NCBI GenBank assembly: GCA_022451945.1 | Contig: JAKUNK010000010.1 | Location: forward strand, 23,837-87,836 | Reading direction: 5' to 3' | DNA: 64,000 nt | Source: Dehalococcoidia bacterium | GTDB taxonomy: Bacteria > Chloroflexota > Dehalococcoidia > Lucifugimonadales > UBA3495 | Shown here: one piece after another, positions 7,471 through 17,491 of the stretch | Layout of the letters: each line of letters begins with the position of its first letter | How positions within the stretch are numbered: position 1 is the stretch's first letter | Made by a program: the position numbers and the translations under genes | Notes under the pieces: generated by a model | Seen by the model: only the letters and a program-made list of their open reading frames with translations | Told to the model about the DNA's origin: nothing | The model's database searches: none

Positions 7471-8784
7471 TCAAAAGGGGGAGTTTGAAGCGCTTGACGC
7501 AGTGAACTCATGGACCAGTACGGAGAGAGCATCATCATAGCGGTCTTGGTCTTGCCAGCCACGAAAATCGACCACCACACCATTTCGCAATCCCGAACAC
7601 AGTCGGTCCTCGCGCTGGTAGAACAGATCATCAGTAGGCACTGAGATTAAAGAGTCTGCCTGGGCGGCTCCCTGGCCGTTCACCAAGCTGGCGAAGTAGC
7701 GGGTGGTAATGGGGTTCTCCAGAGTACCAGCGGTGCAAAGCAAGACAAGCCGGTCGTAATAAACAGCATTATCCAGGTTGATCGCGCCGGATTGCAGAGA
7801 CATCTCGTCATCGGCAGCCACGAACCATGTCGGCGCTTGCGCTTCTGCCAAGCTGGCCCTGATCTTGGCCGCGAACTCTCCGTCGCTTTCCGACCCCAGC
7901 AGCAACACCCGCGTGTAGGTAAAACCAGAGTCCCTGAAGGCTCCCTGGGCAGCGACCAAAGGCGGCGGGACACCGGCCCCTTCAAGAAACACTGCAGGTA
8001 CCTGGCCTCGCGAGCGAGAGATTGTGTCCAGGGATATCATGCTAGGGCCAGCGTGTTTCACCGAATCAAGACCAATAGCCCTGGTCAGGTCGCAATTGGC
8101 GAAGGTGGTTATTCCACAGACGGCCTGCATCAAGCTGGTGCTATTTAGTTTAGTATTGATGATGGTTGCGCCCTGGAGGTCAGCCCCAGTCAGATCCGCC
8201 ATGTCCAGATTGGCTCCCACGATTCGCGCGCCTCGGAGATTGGCGCCACTAAGATTAGTCCAGGAAAGGTCTGATTGGCTGAGGTCCGCGCCAGATAGAT
8301 TGGCCTTCTCTAGGTCAGCGTTTGATAGGTTGGAGAAGGATAGGTTGGCCCCAGAGACATTGGCCAATGCGAGCACACTGTTTGAAAGGTCGGTTCGGTT
8401 AAGTGTGCTACCCACCATGTTCGCTTCTTTGAAGTTGGCCCGGGCCAAGTTTGACCGCCACAGATGAGCGCCTTGGAGGTTGGCCCCAGAAAGATTGGCC
8501 TCCCGCAAGTCTGAACCAGTCAGGTCGGCGCCGGCCAGGTCGTCATTGGCAAGATCGGCCCTGGGCAGTTTAATGGAGTTCAGCATCGCATTAGAAAGAT
8601 CTAACGAGGGCCTGCCATACACGTAATCAGGAGTGAAGGTTTCGCCTGCTCCCCGATCTTCCAAACGATAGCCGAGGCTAAAGCGGGGAATCTCAGTGTT
8701 GGGCCTTCGCCAGGTAGCCTCCCGCCACCGGGAGATCTCGTTAGGCCCTAACCGGGCCAGGGATACATGTTCTGGGTCAGCCAA
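7471..8784 (-). CDS. Pentapeptide-repeat protein with a C-terminal degenerate TIR-like domain
   Basis: Long A(D/N)LxG repeats (ADLTG, ANLSG...), an HAGPS linker, then a TIR-like fold (DGEFAAKIRASL, TWF, YDRLVLLC, DFRGWQD..YDDAL). Confidence 0.8.
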   Translation of the reverse strand: MADPEHVSLARLGPNEISRWREATWRRPNTEIPRFSLGYRLEDRGAGETFTPDYVYGRPSLDLSNAMLNSIKLPRADLANDDLAGADLTGSDLREANLSGANLQGAHLWRSNLARANFKEANMVGSTLNRTDLSNSVLALANVSGANLSFSNLSNADLEKANLSGADLSQSDLSWTNLSGANLRGARIVGANLDMADLTGADLQGATIINTKLNSTSLMQAVCGITTFANCDLTRAIGLDSVKHAGPSMISLDTISRSRGQVPAVFLEGAGVPPPLVAAQGAFRDSGFTYTRVLLLGSESDGEFAAKIRASLAEAQAPTWFVAADDEMSLQSGAINLDNAVYYDRLVLLCTAGTLENPITTRYFASLVNGQGAAQADSLISVPTDDLFYQREDRLCSGLRNGVVVDFRGWQDQDRYDDALSVLVHEFTASSASNSPF

Positions 8785-8849
8785 TGGACGCTCCTGCGCC
8801 GGGCATGCTTGTCTGAGCAGCGTGCCTCTTAAAGCCTTACGCGCTTGGG

Positions 8850-9995
8850 TTAACCGCGATTGTTAAACGCGGGAATCACTCTCTGGGAGAATATCTCCAA
8901 CTGATCACTGAGTTCGCTGAGAGGCATTCCTTCAGGCCACTGAAGGAATACGTCTTCTAGACCTGGATATTTCTCTTCTATTTCTTTTAGGGTCTCTATG
9001 AAGTGCTCGGGTGGTCCGCAGATCCAGGCTTTCTGCTGCACACCGTCCTCCACCTGAGGGGTTCGGGCGGGAGCGCCTGGGGTTCCCCACATCCGGCCAT
9101 GCTCGTCGGTGTAGCGGACTAAGCCAAAGGGCGAGAACCACTTGTATCGCTCGTCATGGTATGGACGGACTTTTTCCATCGCTTCCTTTTCAGTATCTGC
9201 GATGTAAAACCCGAAGCCCAAGGACATGTCTTGACCTAAAGTCAGCGACCGGCCCGCTTCTAAAGCGGCGTCCCGGTATGTGTTGAAGAACTGCGAGACC
9301 ACCTCCTCACCACAAAGGGCAGTCATTCCCTTAATCCCCTTCTTGGCAATAAATTCGATGCTGCGGCCACTGGTCATCGGCTGCCAAATATCGACCGGCA
9401 GATTGGTTGGCCGGGGAACAAGGGTGATGTCTTTCATTTGATAGCCCCGGTAAGGGACATCTGGTGGAATATCATAATGCTTGCCGTGATGGCTGAAGGA
9501 CTCTTCGTTGAAGGCTTTCAGTATAATCTCGACCTGCTCTTCAAACAGTGATCGGTTGGCATCTTGATCGATGAGAGGGGAGCCAAAAGTCTCTACCTCC
9601 CTAGCTTGGTAGCCCCTCCCTATACCGAAGATCAGGCGGCCGCCGGTCAGGAAATCGCCCATTGAGAAATCTTCGGCCAAGCGCAACGGATGCCACATGG
9701 GAACGATATTGAACGCGGCACCGAATTTTAGGTTCTTGGTCTGCGCCGCCAAGTGGGTGCCCATCAAAGTCAGATTTGGAATGCATTCGTAGCCTTCCCG
9801 CTGGAAATGGTGTTCGGCCATCCACAAACAATAGAAGCCGGAGGTGTCCATCTGATTAGCCAAGGCTTGTGCGTTGGAGTAAGTCTGGGTCAACTGGTCG
9901 TTAGTATAGCGGCGGTCGTCGGGAGCAGTGCCACCGGCTCCCACATTCTCGAGGTCAATCTGCCCAACATACAGAACCGAAAATCGCTTGATCAA
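8850..9995 (-). CDS. LLM-class (luciferase-like) flavin-dependent oxidoreductase
   Basis: WMAEHHFQREGYE, HPLRLAED, GRLIFGIGRGY. Confidence 0.92.
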   Translation of the reverse strand: MIKRFSVLYVGQIDLENVGAGGTAPDDRRYTNDQLTQTYSNAQALANQMDTSGFYCLWMAEHHFQREGYECIPNLTLMGTHLAAQTKNLKFGAAFNIVPMWHPLRLAEDFSMGDFLTGGRLIFGIGRGYQAREVETFGSPLIDQDANRSLFEEQVEIILKAFNEESFSHHGKHYDIPPDVPYRGYQMKDITLVPRPTNLPVDIWQPMTSGRSIEFIAKKGIKGMTALCGEEVVSQFFNTYRDAALEAGRSLTLGQDMSLGFGFYIADTEKEAMEKVRPYHDERYKWFSPFGLVRYTDEHGRMWGTPGAPARTPQVEDGVQQKAWICGPPEHFIETLKEIEEKYPGLEDVFLQWPEGMPLSELSDQLEIFSQRVIPAFNNRG

Positions 9996-10167
9996 GAGAT
10001 AATCCCCACAGTAAGATATCGGCCTGTCATAGATACTAACAAGCCTTAGTTATTCCAATAATTGCGAATCAACGGGCGTGTTTAGATGCGATTCAAACAT
10101 TCATCGGAGTGCTCCAAGTATAGCACGCTCGGAGCCTAAACTCAGGTTGACTGAGCCGTTCGGAAAA

Positions 10168-11373
10168 CTACTGCACGACTTGTCGGTTGACCAGATCGGC
10201 CACCGCTCCAGCTTCAAATCCTAGTTCCGCCAGAATATTCGCGGTGTGCTGGCCTGTGACCGAACCCAGATGCCCAACGTGGCCTGGCGTCTCGGACAGA
10301 TGGATAGATGTCGCCACCTGGCGCACCCTGCCTTCAGAGATGCCCGGAGCCTCTATCTCAAGGACCATACCGCGTTGCTGGGCGTGAGGGTCGTCTAGCG
10401 CCTCTTGCAAAGAGTAGACCTTTCCTACAGAGATATTGGCGTCCTTCAGAGTTTCAAACCACTCTTCCCGAGTCTTCGTCATGAAAGCCTCTGACAGCGC
10501 TTGTTCCACTTCAATCTTCTTGGTACCCTGGGCCTCTTGGTGGAGTAGCAGGTCCTCTCGGTCCAGAGCCCGGCACAGGTTCTCCCAAAACCACGGCTCG
10601 ATGGCCGCGATGGAGAAGTACTTGTCATCCTTAGTCCTGTAGACGTTGTAGTAAGGTGCACCGCCGTTCAGTCGGTTGCCGCCCCGTTCCGCGGAAATGC
10701 CCCGGGAGAGCACGTCTGAAACCAGACCTGAGAGCATGTAGAGGACTCCTTCGCTCATGGCGATGTCCACATACTGGCCCGTCCCGGTCTTTTCTCTGGC
10801 CATCAGGGCCGCTAAGATTCCAACAGCGCCACAAAGCCCGCCGCCTGCATAGTCCGCGATGAGGTTCAGCGGGATGATGGGCCTGCCGTTTTGTTCGCCA
10901 ATCAACCCTAGCGCTCCTGCGAAAGAAATGTAATTTATGTCATGTCCGGCCATCTGGGAATAGGGTCCGTCCTGGCCATAACCTGAGACTGAACAATAGA
11001 CGGTCCTCGGGTTTATAGAACGGACCTTCTCGTATCCCGCACCCAAGCGGTCCATAACGCCAGGCCGGAAGCCCTCCACAACCACATCGGCAGTCTCTGC
11101 CAACTTATGGAAAATCTGCTGAGCTTCGGATTCCTTAAGATTCAAGGCGATGCTGCGCTTGTTGCGCTGGAGAGCATTGAAGGCGGCGTGCCGGCGTTCA
11201 TCATCCTCGCCTTCGATCCCAGCAACCAGCTTCTCGTAGGCAGACCGGGCTTCGTCCATAGGACGCTCGATCATCAGAACTTCAGCCCCCAGGTCGGCCA
11301 GCACAGTTGTGCAGAACATACCGGGCGCGTTACGGCAGAAATCCAATACCTTGATTCCTTCAAGCGCTTGCAT
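10168..11373 (-). CDS. CaiB/BaiF family III CoA-transferase (alpha-methylacyl-CoA racemase-like)
   Basis: LADLGAEV, RNKRSIALNLK, EGFRPGV, GHDINY, ADYAGG. Confidence 0.9.
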   Translation of the reverse strand: MQALEGIKVLDFCRNAPGMFCTTVLADLGAEVLMIERPMDEARSAYEKLVAGIEGEDDERRHAAFNALQRNKRSIALNLKESEAQQIFHKLAETADVVVEGFRPGVMDRLGAGYEKVRSINPRTVYCSVSGYGQDGPYSQMAGHDINYISFAGALGLIGEQNGRPIIPLNLIADYAGGGLCGAVGILAALMAREKTGTGQYVDIAMSEGVLYMLSGLVSDVLSRGISAERGGNRLNGGAPYYNVYRTKDDKYFSIAAIEPWFWENLCRALDREDLLLHQEAQGTKKIEVEQALSEAFMTKTREEWFETLKDANISVGKVYSLQEALDDPHAQQRGMVLEIEAPGISEGRVRQVATSIHLSETPGHVGHLGSVTGQHTANILAELGFEAGAVADLVNRQVVQ

Positions 11374-11521
11374 AAAACCCTTACCCCTTACCTACAATTG
11401 CAGCCAATTATAGCCGACCCGAGCGCAACCGGATCCGATTTGCCAAGGTGTGGTGCAACGAAGGCCGACTGCATCTATAATCCCTGGGACAAAATCCAGG
11501 AAGAGAGATCAGGAGGCCGCA

Positions 11522-12298
11522 ATGGACCTGTCGTTGCAGGGCAAAGTAGCAATGGTCACCGGTGGAAGTCACGGACTAGGGAAACAGGCTGCAGACTCAC
11601 TGGCCCGGGAGGGTTGCAAGGTCTCGATCTGCGCCCGAGGACAGGAGAACCTGGACGCTACGGAGGAGGAATTCAAGGCCAAGGGGTATGAAGTCATCGC
11701 CGTTCAGGCGGACGTCATGAGGAAAGAAGACCTCAAAAACTTCCATGAAGAAACCGTAAAGGCCTTCGGCGAAGCAGACATTCTCATAAATAACGTGGGA
11801 GGCAGACGAGGCACCGCTGACTTCCAAGAAACCGGCGTCGAAACCTTCCGTGAAGGAATCGAGTTCAATCTGTTCAGCGCCGTTGAGTTGATCGCTATGG
11901 TACTACCCCACATGCGGGAGCAGAAATGGGGGCGAATCATCAGTGTGTCGTCCATCTACGGGCGAGAGTACGGTGGGTCCATCGACTACATGACCGGCAA
12001 GGCGGCGTTGATCGCCTTCTCCAAACACATGGCGCTTAACCTGATGAAGGAGAACGTCCTCGTTAACTGCATCGCCCCCGGTTCCATCGACTTCCCAGGC
12101 AGTAGTTGGGATCGCTTCCAGCAGAACAGCACCCCGGAGCAGGTGGCGGACTTCATCGACCGGAACCTGCCAGCCGGAAAGTTCGGCTGGCCCGAACCCA
12201 TTGGCGACACGGTAGCATTTCTGGCCTCGGAGAAAGCCAACCTTATCACCGGCACCTGCCTGAACGTGGACGGTGGCCAGTCCCGATCGTTGTTCTAG
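11522..12298 (+). CDS. Short-chain dehydrogenase/reductase (FabG-like, NADP-type)
   Basis: TGGSHGLG, CAR, NNVG, YMTGK, VDGG; AGGAGG RBS before ATG 11522. Confidence 0.88.
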   Translation: MDLSLQGKVAMVTGGSHGLGKQAADSLAREGCKVSICARGQENLDATEEEFKAKGYEVIAVQADVMRKEDLKNFHEETVKAFGEADILINNVGGRRGTADFQETGVETFREGIEFNLFSAVELIAMVLPHMREQKWGRIISVSSIYGREYGGSIDYMTGKAALIAFSKHMALNLMKENVLVNCIAPGSIDFPGSSWDRFQQNSTPEQVADFIDRNLPAGKFGWPEPIGDTVAFLASEKANLITGTCLNVDGGQSRSLF

Positions 12299-12452
12299 GC
12301 TTTCTATCCCCAGAAAAACAATGATCCTCTCTTCCGCTAGTGTGGAAAGGTTTGCTGCCGGACGGTCGTAGGGGTTAGGGCAGACTTCAAGATAGGCAAC
12401 AACCCCCACTACGTTCCAATGGGAAAACGGGCGTTGGTCCCTTTTTCAAGGA

Positions 12453-13265
12453 CTAGTTTCCGCTAATCTCACCCAGGAACTGGCGCCAGGCTAGGACGCA
12501 TTCTTCGGGGGCCGAGTGCTGTACATAGCCACTGGTTCTAGGGATGGTAGTCAACCTGCCATTGCTAAGTTTTTCGGCGAAGAGTGTGGTGCGATCTGGG
12601 TTATCCTTGGCATTCTGCTCCGATGCCAACACCAATGTTGGAATCTTGATTTGGGGCAGTAGGTCGGACAAATCCTGTGTAGCAAGATAGGCAAGTGTTT
12701 CCAAGACCACCCTCTGTTCCGTCTGGCCCATCTGTCTCACGTACCACTCATGGTGAGCAGGGTCCGACTTTCCCGGTTCCAGCCTTCGGCCACCGGTCTT
12801 CTGGGCCCAAGCCAGCACCCCTTCTTCGCTCACCATCTTGTAGAACTCTTTGTAGGTGTCTATACCGACGAATTTGTAGGGCGATGTGCAAGTAGTGAGG
12901 GTGTGCAGTCGCTCCGGGTGTTCGTAGGCGAACTGGAGCGAGATTGTGCCGCCCACCGTCTCACCAATAAGGTGGACTTTGTCCAGTTCCAGCATGTCCA
13001 GTAGCTTCAGTAGATCAGTGCCGAAGTTACTTAAAGACCAGTCGTAACCCTCAGGTGGTACAGAAGACTGGCCGAAGCCACGGGCGTCCAACCGGATGAC
13101 CCGATATTGGCGAGCTAACAAAGGCACCCAGGCGTACCACAGCTTGGTGTTCTTGGAGTTACCGTGGTGGAGCACGACCGTCTCCGGTTCACTACGCCAT
13201 GGGTCAGCGAAACAATCGTCCTCGTAAAACATCTCCAGAGTATCGTCTATATAAGCGAAAGGCAT
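12453..13265 (-). CDS. Alpha/beta hydrolase fold protein (atypical nucleophile elbow GETVGG)
   Basis: VVLHHG, RVIRLDARGFGQS, HLIGETVGG, IKIPTLVL. Confidence 0.85.
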   Translation of the reverse strand: MPFAYIDDTLEMFYEDDCFADPWRSEPETVVLHHGNSKNTKLWYAWVPLLARQYRVIRLDARGFGQSSVPPEGYDWSLSNFGTDLLKLLDMLELDKVHLIGETVGGTISLQFAYEHPERLHTLTTCTSPYKFVGIDTYKEFYKMVSEEGVLAWAQKTGGRRLEPGKSDPAHHEWYVRQMGQTEQRVVLETLAYLATQDLSDLLPQIKIPTLVLASEQNAKDNPDRTTLFAEKLSNGRLTTIPRTSGYVQHSAPEECVLAWRQFLGEISGN

Positions 13266-13294
13266 GTTTGACTCCGATTGAGAGATTAGGCGGG

Positions 13295-13645
13295 TTAATC
13301 GGTGACCGGAATGGCTACTGAGACTCGTTGCTTGTCGCCATAAACCGCTGTGGTGTGGCCTCGTCCGGTCAGGTCGTCAGCCAAAAGAACGTCTCCAGCA
13401 CCGAAGACACGTTTGGTGCCGTCTCCGAGGCCGACTTCAACCTGACCTTCTAGGGTAATGACATATTGTCGGCGCGGAGCGGGATGCCAATCGATGAAAC
13501 TGCCTGGCTGGTATCGGCGGAAGTGGATGTTCTCGGCGTTCTCAACAGCCGTCCTCTCCGATGTCTCCATCTGCTCATAGGGTAGATCAAGCTCTTCAAA
13601 ATGGGACTCGTCGTCGTCTCCAGTGTAGATGCGAACTACTTGCAT
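13295..13645 (-). CDS. Cupin-domain protein
   Basis: RIYTGDD.ESHFE, WHPAPRRQYVITLEG, GDVLLADDLTGRGH. Confidence 0.8.
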   Translation of the reverse strand: MQVVRIYTGDDDESHFEELDLPYEQMETSERTAVENAENIHFRRYQPGSFIDWHPAPRRQYVITLEGQVEVGLGDGTKRVFGAGDVLLADDLTGRGHTTAVYGDKQRVSVAIPVTD

Positions 13646-13713
13646 CAGACCTCCGTGTTTATGGGGTTTCCGGTGACCAAGGCATCATAAGCGCAGGTGT
13701 GTTAGGGGTCAAT

Positions 13714-14409
13714 TTAGCCGTCCGCTTTCAGCCGGTGGCCGGTGAGGCAGATGTCCAGCAGACAGCAGTCCACGCAACGGGGGCTCAATTTGGTGCAGGC
13801 CTCTTTAGCATGGCGGTCCCACAAGGCGTGGAACTCATTGTAAAGCTGGATATCTTGGGGAACGTAGGTGTGGAACACAGCTTGGTAGTCGCCGTACTTG
13901 GGGCGGACCGTGTCAGGGGTCATGCCAATGCGGTCCATGATGCGGCGGGTGTAGGTGTCTATGACGAACGACGGTTGCCTAGCGGCGTAGACCATGATGT
14001 CGTCGGCGGTTTCCTCACCGATGCCGTGGATCAATAACAACTCCTCCCGAAGAAGTGCAGGAGGTTTGGCCAGGAACAGCTCCAAGTCTCCTTGATAGTT
14101 GTCCATCACATGGGCTGCAAACGCCTTCAGCTTCCGGGCCTTGGCGTTGAAGTAACCTGACGAGCGCACTAGCACAGCTAGTTCTCCTTCCGGGAGCCGA
14201 TGCACTGATTCCAGGGACCAACAACCTGCGGACTTCATATTAGACAGAGCCATCTCCACGTTGGTCCACGCTGCCGATTGGGTCAAGATAGCACCAGCAA
14301 TCACCTCGAATGGGCCATCGCCAGGCCACCAGTGCTGAGGGCCGTAGGCTGTGTAAAATCGGTGAAAGATGTCCATGAGCCTGACGGCCACGGAACTCGG
14401 GTCAGGCAT
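13714..14409 (-). CDS. Endonuclease III-related HhH-GPD DNA glycosylase with 4Fe-4S motif
   Basis: GPQHWWP, GAILTQ, GIGEETAD (HhH), FVIDTYTRR, C-terminal Cys cluster CTKLSPRCVDCCLLDIC. Confidence 0.88.
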   Translation of the reverse strand: MPDPSSVAVRLMDIFHRFYTAYGPQHWWPGDGPFEVIAGAILTQSAAWTNVEMALSNMKSAGCWSLESVHRLPEGELAVLVRSSGYFNAKARKLKAFAAHVMDNYQGDLELFLAKPPALLREELLLIHGIGEETADDIMVYAARQPSFVIDTYTRRIMDRIGMTPDTVRPKYGDYQAVFHTYVPQDIQLYNEFHALWDRHAKEACTKLSPRCVDCCLLDICLTGHRLKADG

Positions 14410-15115
14410 CGCCAACTGCCTCGGCGTAGTCGCGGATTGGCAGGGACTGGTCGAGCCTGATCATGCGCTCGGTGACCTCACAGTTATAAGCGTAAGCTTC
14501 TACGCCAACGGCCATTGCTGACCGGAGAGCTGCCGCCAAATTAGGGTCAGACGGGTCGCTGGTGGCAAAGGACGTGGCATCAGGTCTTTGAACCACGAAG
14601 ATCACGGCGGCACGGTGGCCGGCCTCCAGCACAGTCTCCAAAGTGCGCAGGTGTTTTGCGCCGCGAACGGAAGGAGCGTCAGGGAATAAGGCCACCTGTT
14701 TCTCCACTAAAGTCACAGACTTTGCTTCGATGTAGCATCTGCCGTTTAGGCCTTCTAGCATCAGATCCAGACGGCTATCACCAAAGGTCACCTCACGGCG
14801 CACCTCCGGGTAATCGCTGAACTGGGCCAAGTGTCCGTTGGCCACGCCCTCCGCGACCAAAGCGTTGGGCATCCTGGAGTCTGCCGAGGCCAGGGTGTTT
14901 CCCATGTCCACCAGAACAAGATCAAACTTGGTCTTTCTGTTCTCACCCAGAACGGGACGCAGTAGGACCCGCCAGCCAGGGACAAACAACTCTTTCATAC
15001 GCCCTGAGTTGGCTACGTGCACGCCGATCTCTCGCCCGGCCACTTCAACACGGGCTAAGAATCGGTTCACCCGCTCTAGGAAGACACCCTCGATCAAGTC
15101 TTCGCCCAAGTTCAA
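14402..15115 (-). CDS. sfsA: DNA/RNA nuclease SfsA
   Basis: R.NRFLA, HVANSGRMKEL, SRLD, YIEAKSVTL, FPDAP.RG.KHL. Confidence 0.92.
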   Translation of the reverse strand: MNLGEDLIEGVFLERVNRFLARVEVAGREIGVHVANSGRMKELFVPGWRVLLRPVLGENRKTKFDLVLVDMGNTLASADSRMPNALVAEGVANGHLAQFSDYPEVRREVTFGDSRLDLMLEGLNGRCYIEAKSVTLVEKQVALFPDAPSVRGAKHLRTLETVLEAGHRAAVIFVVQRPDATSFATSDPSDPNLAAALRSAMAVGVEAYAYNCEVTERMIRLDQSLPIRDYAEAVGDA

Positions 15116-15266
15116 ATCATCCCTCTTCGCCTAGCCACGTTATGGTAACAACCAAGGTCGATCACTAGCAATATTCGGCCGTCCAATGATGGCGGTGTCA
15201 CGTGCAGCTTCGTGTATACTTTTGCCACTTGCTGGTTGCGGTTGGATGAGGTGCATGAGGAGAGCG

Positions 15267-16103
15267 ATGAGCGGCTTTACCGATCGGTTGGACAAGGCAT
15301 CAACGGCAACCCAAAGCCTGGTCTGCGTGGGCTTGGATCCTGACTTGGCTAGGATGCCGATTCCTGACGTTTTCGAGTTTAACCGGGCTATCGTTGACGC
15401 CACTGCCGGGTCCGTCTGCGCCTACAAGCCCAACCTGGCATTCTACGAGGCCATGGGACTGGCAGGATTGGAAGATCTCCAAAAGACCATCACCCACATC
15501 AGGACCGCCGCCCCAACTGCAATAATCATCGGTGACGCCAAGCGAGGGGACATCGGCCCGTCCGCCAAGGCTTACGCGAAGGCCCTATTCGAGGTCTGGG
15601 GATTTGATGCCATCACCATCAACGCATGGGGTGGCCAGGATACGGTTGCTCCATTCATAGAAGACGAGGCTAAAGGCGTATTCGTATGGTGCCGTGGCTC
15701 CAATCCAGGTTCGGCGAATTTCCAGGACGTGCAGATTGTGGCGGACGGCACCTCCATGCCGCTCTACAGGAACATGGCCTTGGCCTGCCAAGATTGGAAC
15801 ATCAACGGAAATATAGGTCTGGTTGTGGGGGCTACAGTCCCTGAACAGTTGCAGGAGGTTCGGGCTGCCTGCCCAGCCATGCCGTTCTTGATTCCTGGAG
15901 TAGGAGCCCAGGGCGGCGATTTGGAAGCAGCAGTGAGGCACGGTACGGACAGCCGTGGTCGGGGAGCCTTGATCAACTCTTCCAGAGGAATCATCTACGC
16001 ATCCAACGGGTCTGACTTCGCCCAAGCAGCGGCCCAGGAGGCAGATAAGCTGCGAACAAGCATCAACGAAGTGCTGGAGTCTGACGGGAAAGAATGGCCC
16101 TAG
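15267..16103 (+). CDS. pyrF: Orotidine-5'-phosphate decarboxylase (subfamily 2)
   Basis: CVGLDP, YKPNLAFYE, DAKRGDIG, GLVVGAT, PGVGAQGG, NSSRGIIYA; AGGAG RBS before ATG 15267. Confidence 0.95.
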   Translation: MSGFTDRLDKASTATQSLVCVGLDPDLARMPIPDVFEFNRAIVDATAGSVCAYKPNLAFYEAMGLAGLEDLQKTITHIRTAAPTAIIIGDAKRGDIGPSAKAYAKALFEVWGFDAITINAWGGQDTVAPFIEDEAKGVFVWCRGSNPGSANFQDVQIVADGTSMPLYRNMALACQDWNINGNIGLVVGATVPEQLQEVRAACPAMPFLIPGVGAQGGDLEAAVRHGTDSRGRGALINSSRGIIYASNGSDFAQAAAQEADKLRTSINEVLESDGKEWP

Positions 16104-16303
16104 CGCTAAAAATCGGCGACGTTCTGCGGATGAAGAAAGCCCATCCTTGTGGCGGATCCCTCTGGACCGTATCCAGACTTGGGGCCGACATCGGTATTAG
16201 CTGCCAGGAATGCGGAAGGTACGTACTTTTGGCCAGGTCTCGGTTGGCGCAGCGGTTGAAGGAGGTAGTGCCCCCAGCGGGATTATCTCCGGAGGGCTCT
16301 TAG
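16094..16303 (+). CDS. DUF951-family small protein
   Basis: GDVLRMKKAHPCGG.W...R.GADI...C..CGR; overlaps the pyrF stop. Confidence 0.85.
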   Translation: MALALKIGDVLRMKKAHPCGGSLWTVSRLGADIGISCQECGRYVLLARSRLAQRLKEVVPPAGLSPEGS

Positions 16304-16340
16304 AGACTAACGCCCCAACGCATTAACCATCAGGTCCAAC

Positions 16341-17276
16341 TTAAGCCAACCGTGCCATGGCCTCGTTCTCTTCCTTGGACCAAAGCTCCGCATGAAAACC
16401 TCTGATCTGCTCAGACATCATGTCTATGAAGTTTCTGACCGCCTGACCAGCAAATTTGCCCCGGAGGGTGCAGACACCTATAACGGAACTCGGGAAGAGG
16501 TGGTCAAGCCTCAGAACTCCAAATCTATTGTGGTCCTCCGCATGCAAAGTGAAATCGTTGCCGATGGCGATACCCATGCCAATTTCAACGTAACGTTTCA
16601 TGGACTCGGTGTCGTCCAAAGCGAGCACCACATCCGGCAACAATCCTTGGGCCTTGAAGGCCTGCTCCACCCTCTGCCGCAATTGGCTTTCCGGCGCCGT
16701 GAGAATTAAGGGAAATCCAGTGATGTCATCAAGGCTGATTGGACGATCTTGTATAAGATCGTGTCCGGGCGGGGTCAGGAGTACGGTGTTGTATTTGAAT
16801 AGCTCTTTGAACTCGAGCGTAGTGTCGTCGACCGGAGGTGACGAACAGAAAGCCAGGTCTATCTCTCCGGAGCGGACCAATTGAACTAATGGGTTATAAG
16901 ATCGCGCCAGTAACCTGATACGTACGTCAGGGTAGTCTTCGCGGAACCTCTGGATTCCAGAGGGCAGATGATGGGTCACCAGGTCGGGGTATGCGCCGAC
17001 GACGAACGAACCTCGCTTTTCGGAATAGTCCATCTGAGTTTTAAGTGCGTCTACGGAGGTGACCACCGGGGTCACCAGCTCCAGAAGCGTGATTCCTTCT
17101 GAGGTCAATTGGATAGGACGTTTGATACGGTCGAAGAGGGTTATCCCGAACTCATCTTCCAACTTCCTCAGGTGAGTGGTCACCGTTGGCTGTCCCAGCT
17201 CCAACGTGCGGGCCGCTTTCGACACACTGCGCACCCTGGCAACATGATAAAAACTAATGAGTTCCCTGAGTTCCAT
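16341..17276 (-). CDS. LysR-family transcriptional regulator
   Basis: N-terminal HTH (SVSKAA..L...QPTVT..LRKLE..FG..LFDR) and a substrate-binding domain ending V..GMGIA. Confidence 0.93.
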   Translation of the reverse strand: MELRELISFYHVARVRSVSKAARTLELGQPTVTTHLRKLEDEFGITLFDRIKRPIQLTSEGITLLELVTPVVTSVDALKTQMDYSEKRGSFVVGAYPDLVTHHLPSGIQRFREDYPDVRIRLLARSYNPLVQLVRSGEIDLAFCSSPPVDDTTLEFKELFKYNTVLLTPPGHDLIQDRPISLDDITGFPLILTAPESQLRQRVEQAFKAQGLLPDVVLALDDTESMKRYVEIGMGIAIGNDFTLHAEDHNRFGVLRLDHLFPSSVIGVCTLRGKFAGQAVRNFIDMMSEQIRGFHAELWSKEENEAMARLA

Positions 17277-17436
17277 GTTATCCCCTCTTTTTGCACCACC
17301 GAATAACCGATATAATATATCATATACTATCCCTTGACAAAATAAGTTGGCGATTTGAAAATGGCTCTGATTGCCGGTTGTTTTTGGGGTAGTCCGCGTT
17401 CGATAATGCGCTGGCTAATGGCCTGCTTTCTGATAG

Positions 17437-17453
17437 CATCAAAAAAATCGATG
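17437..17453. promoter_or_regulatory. Candidate LysR recognition site (T-N11-A palindrome)
   Basis: CATC-AAAAAAATC-GATG in the divergent lysR/ferredoxin intergenic region. Confidence 0.4.
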
Positions 17454-17491
17454 ACTCTAAAGGCTCATAATCTTTCCGCCAAGAGAATGGT

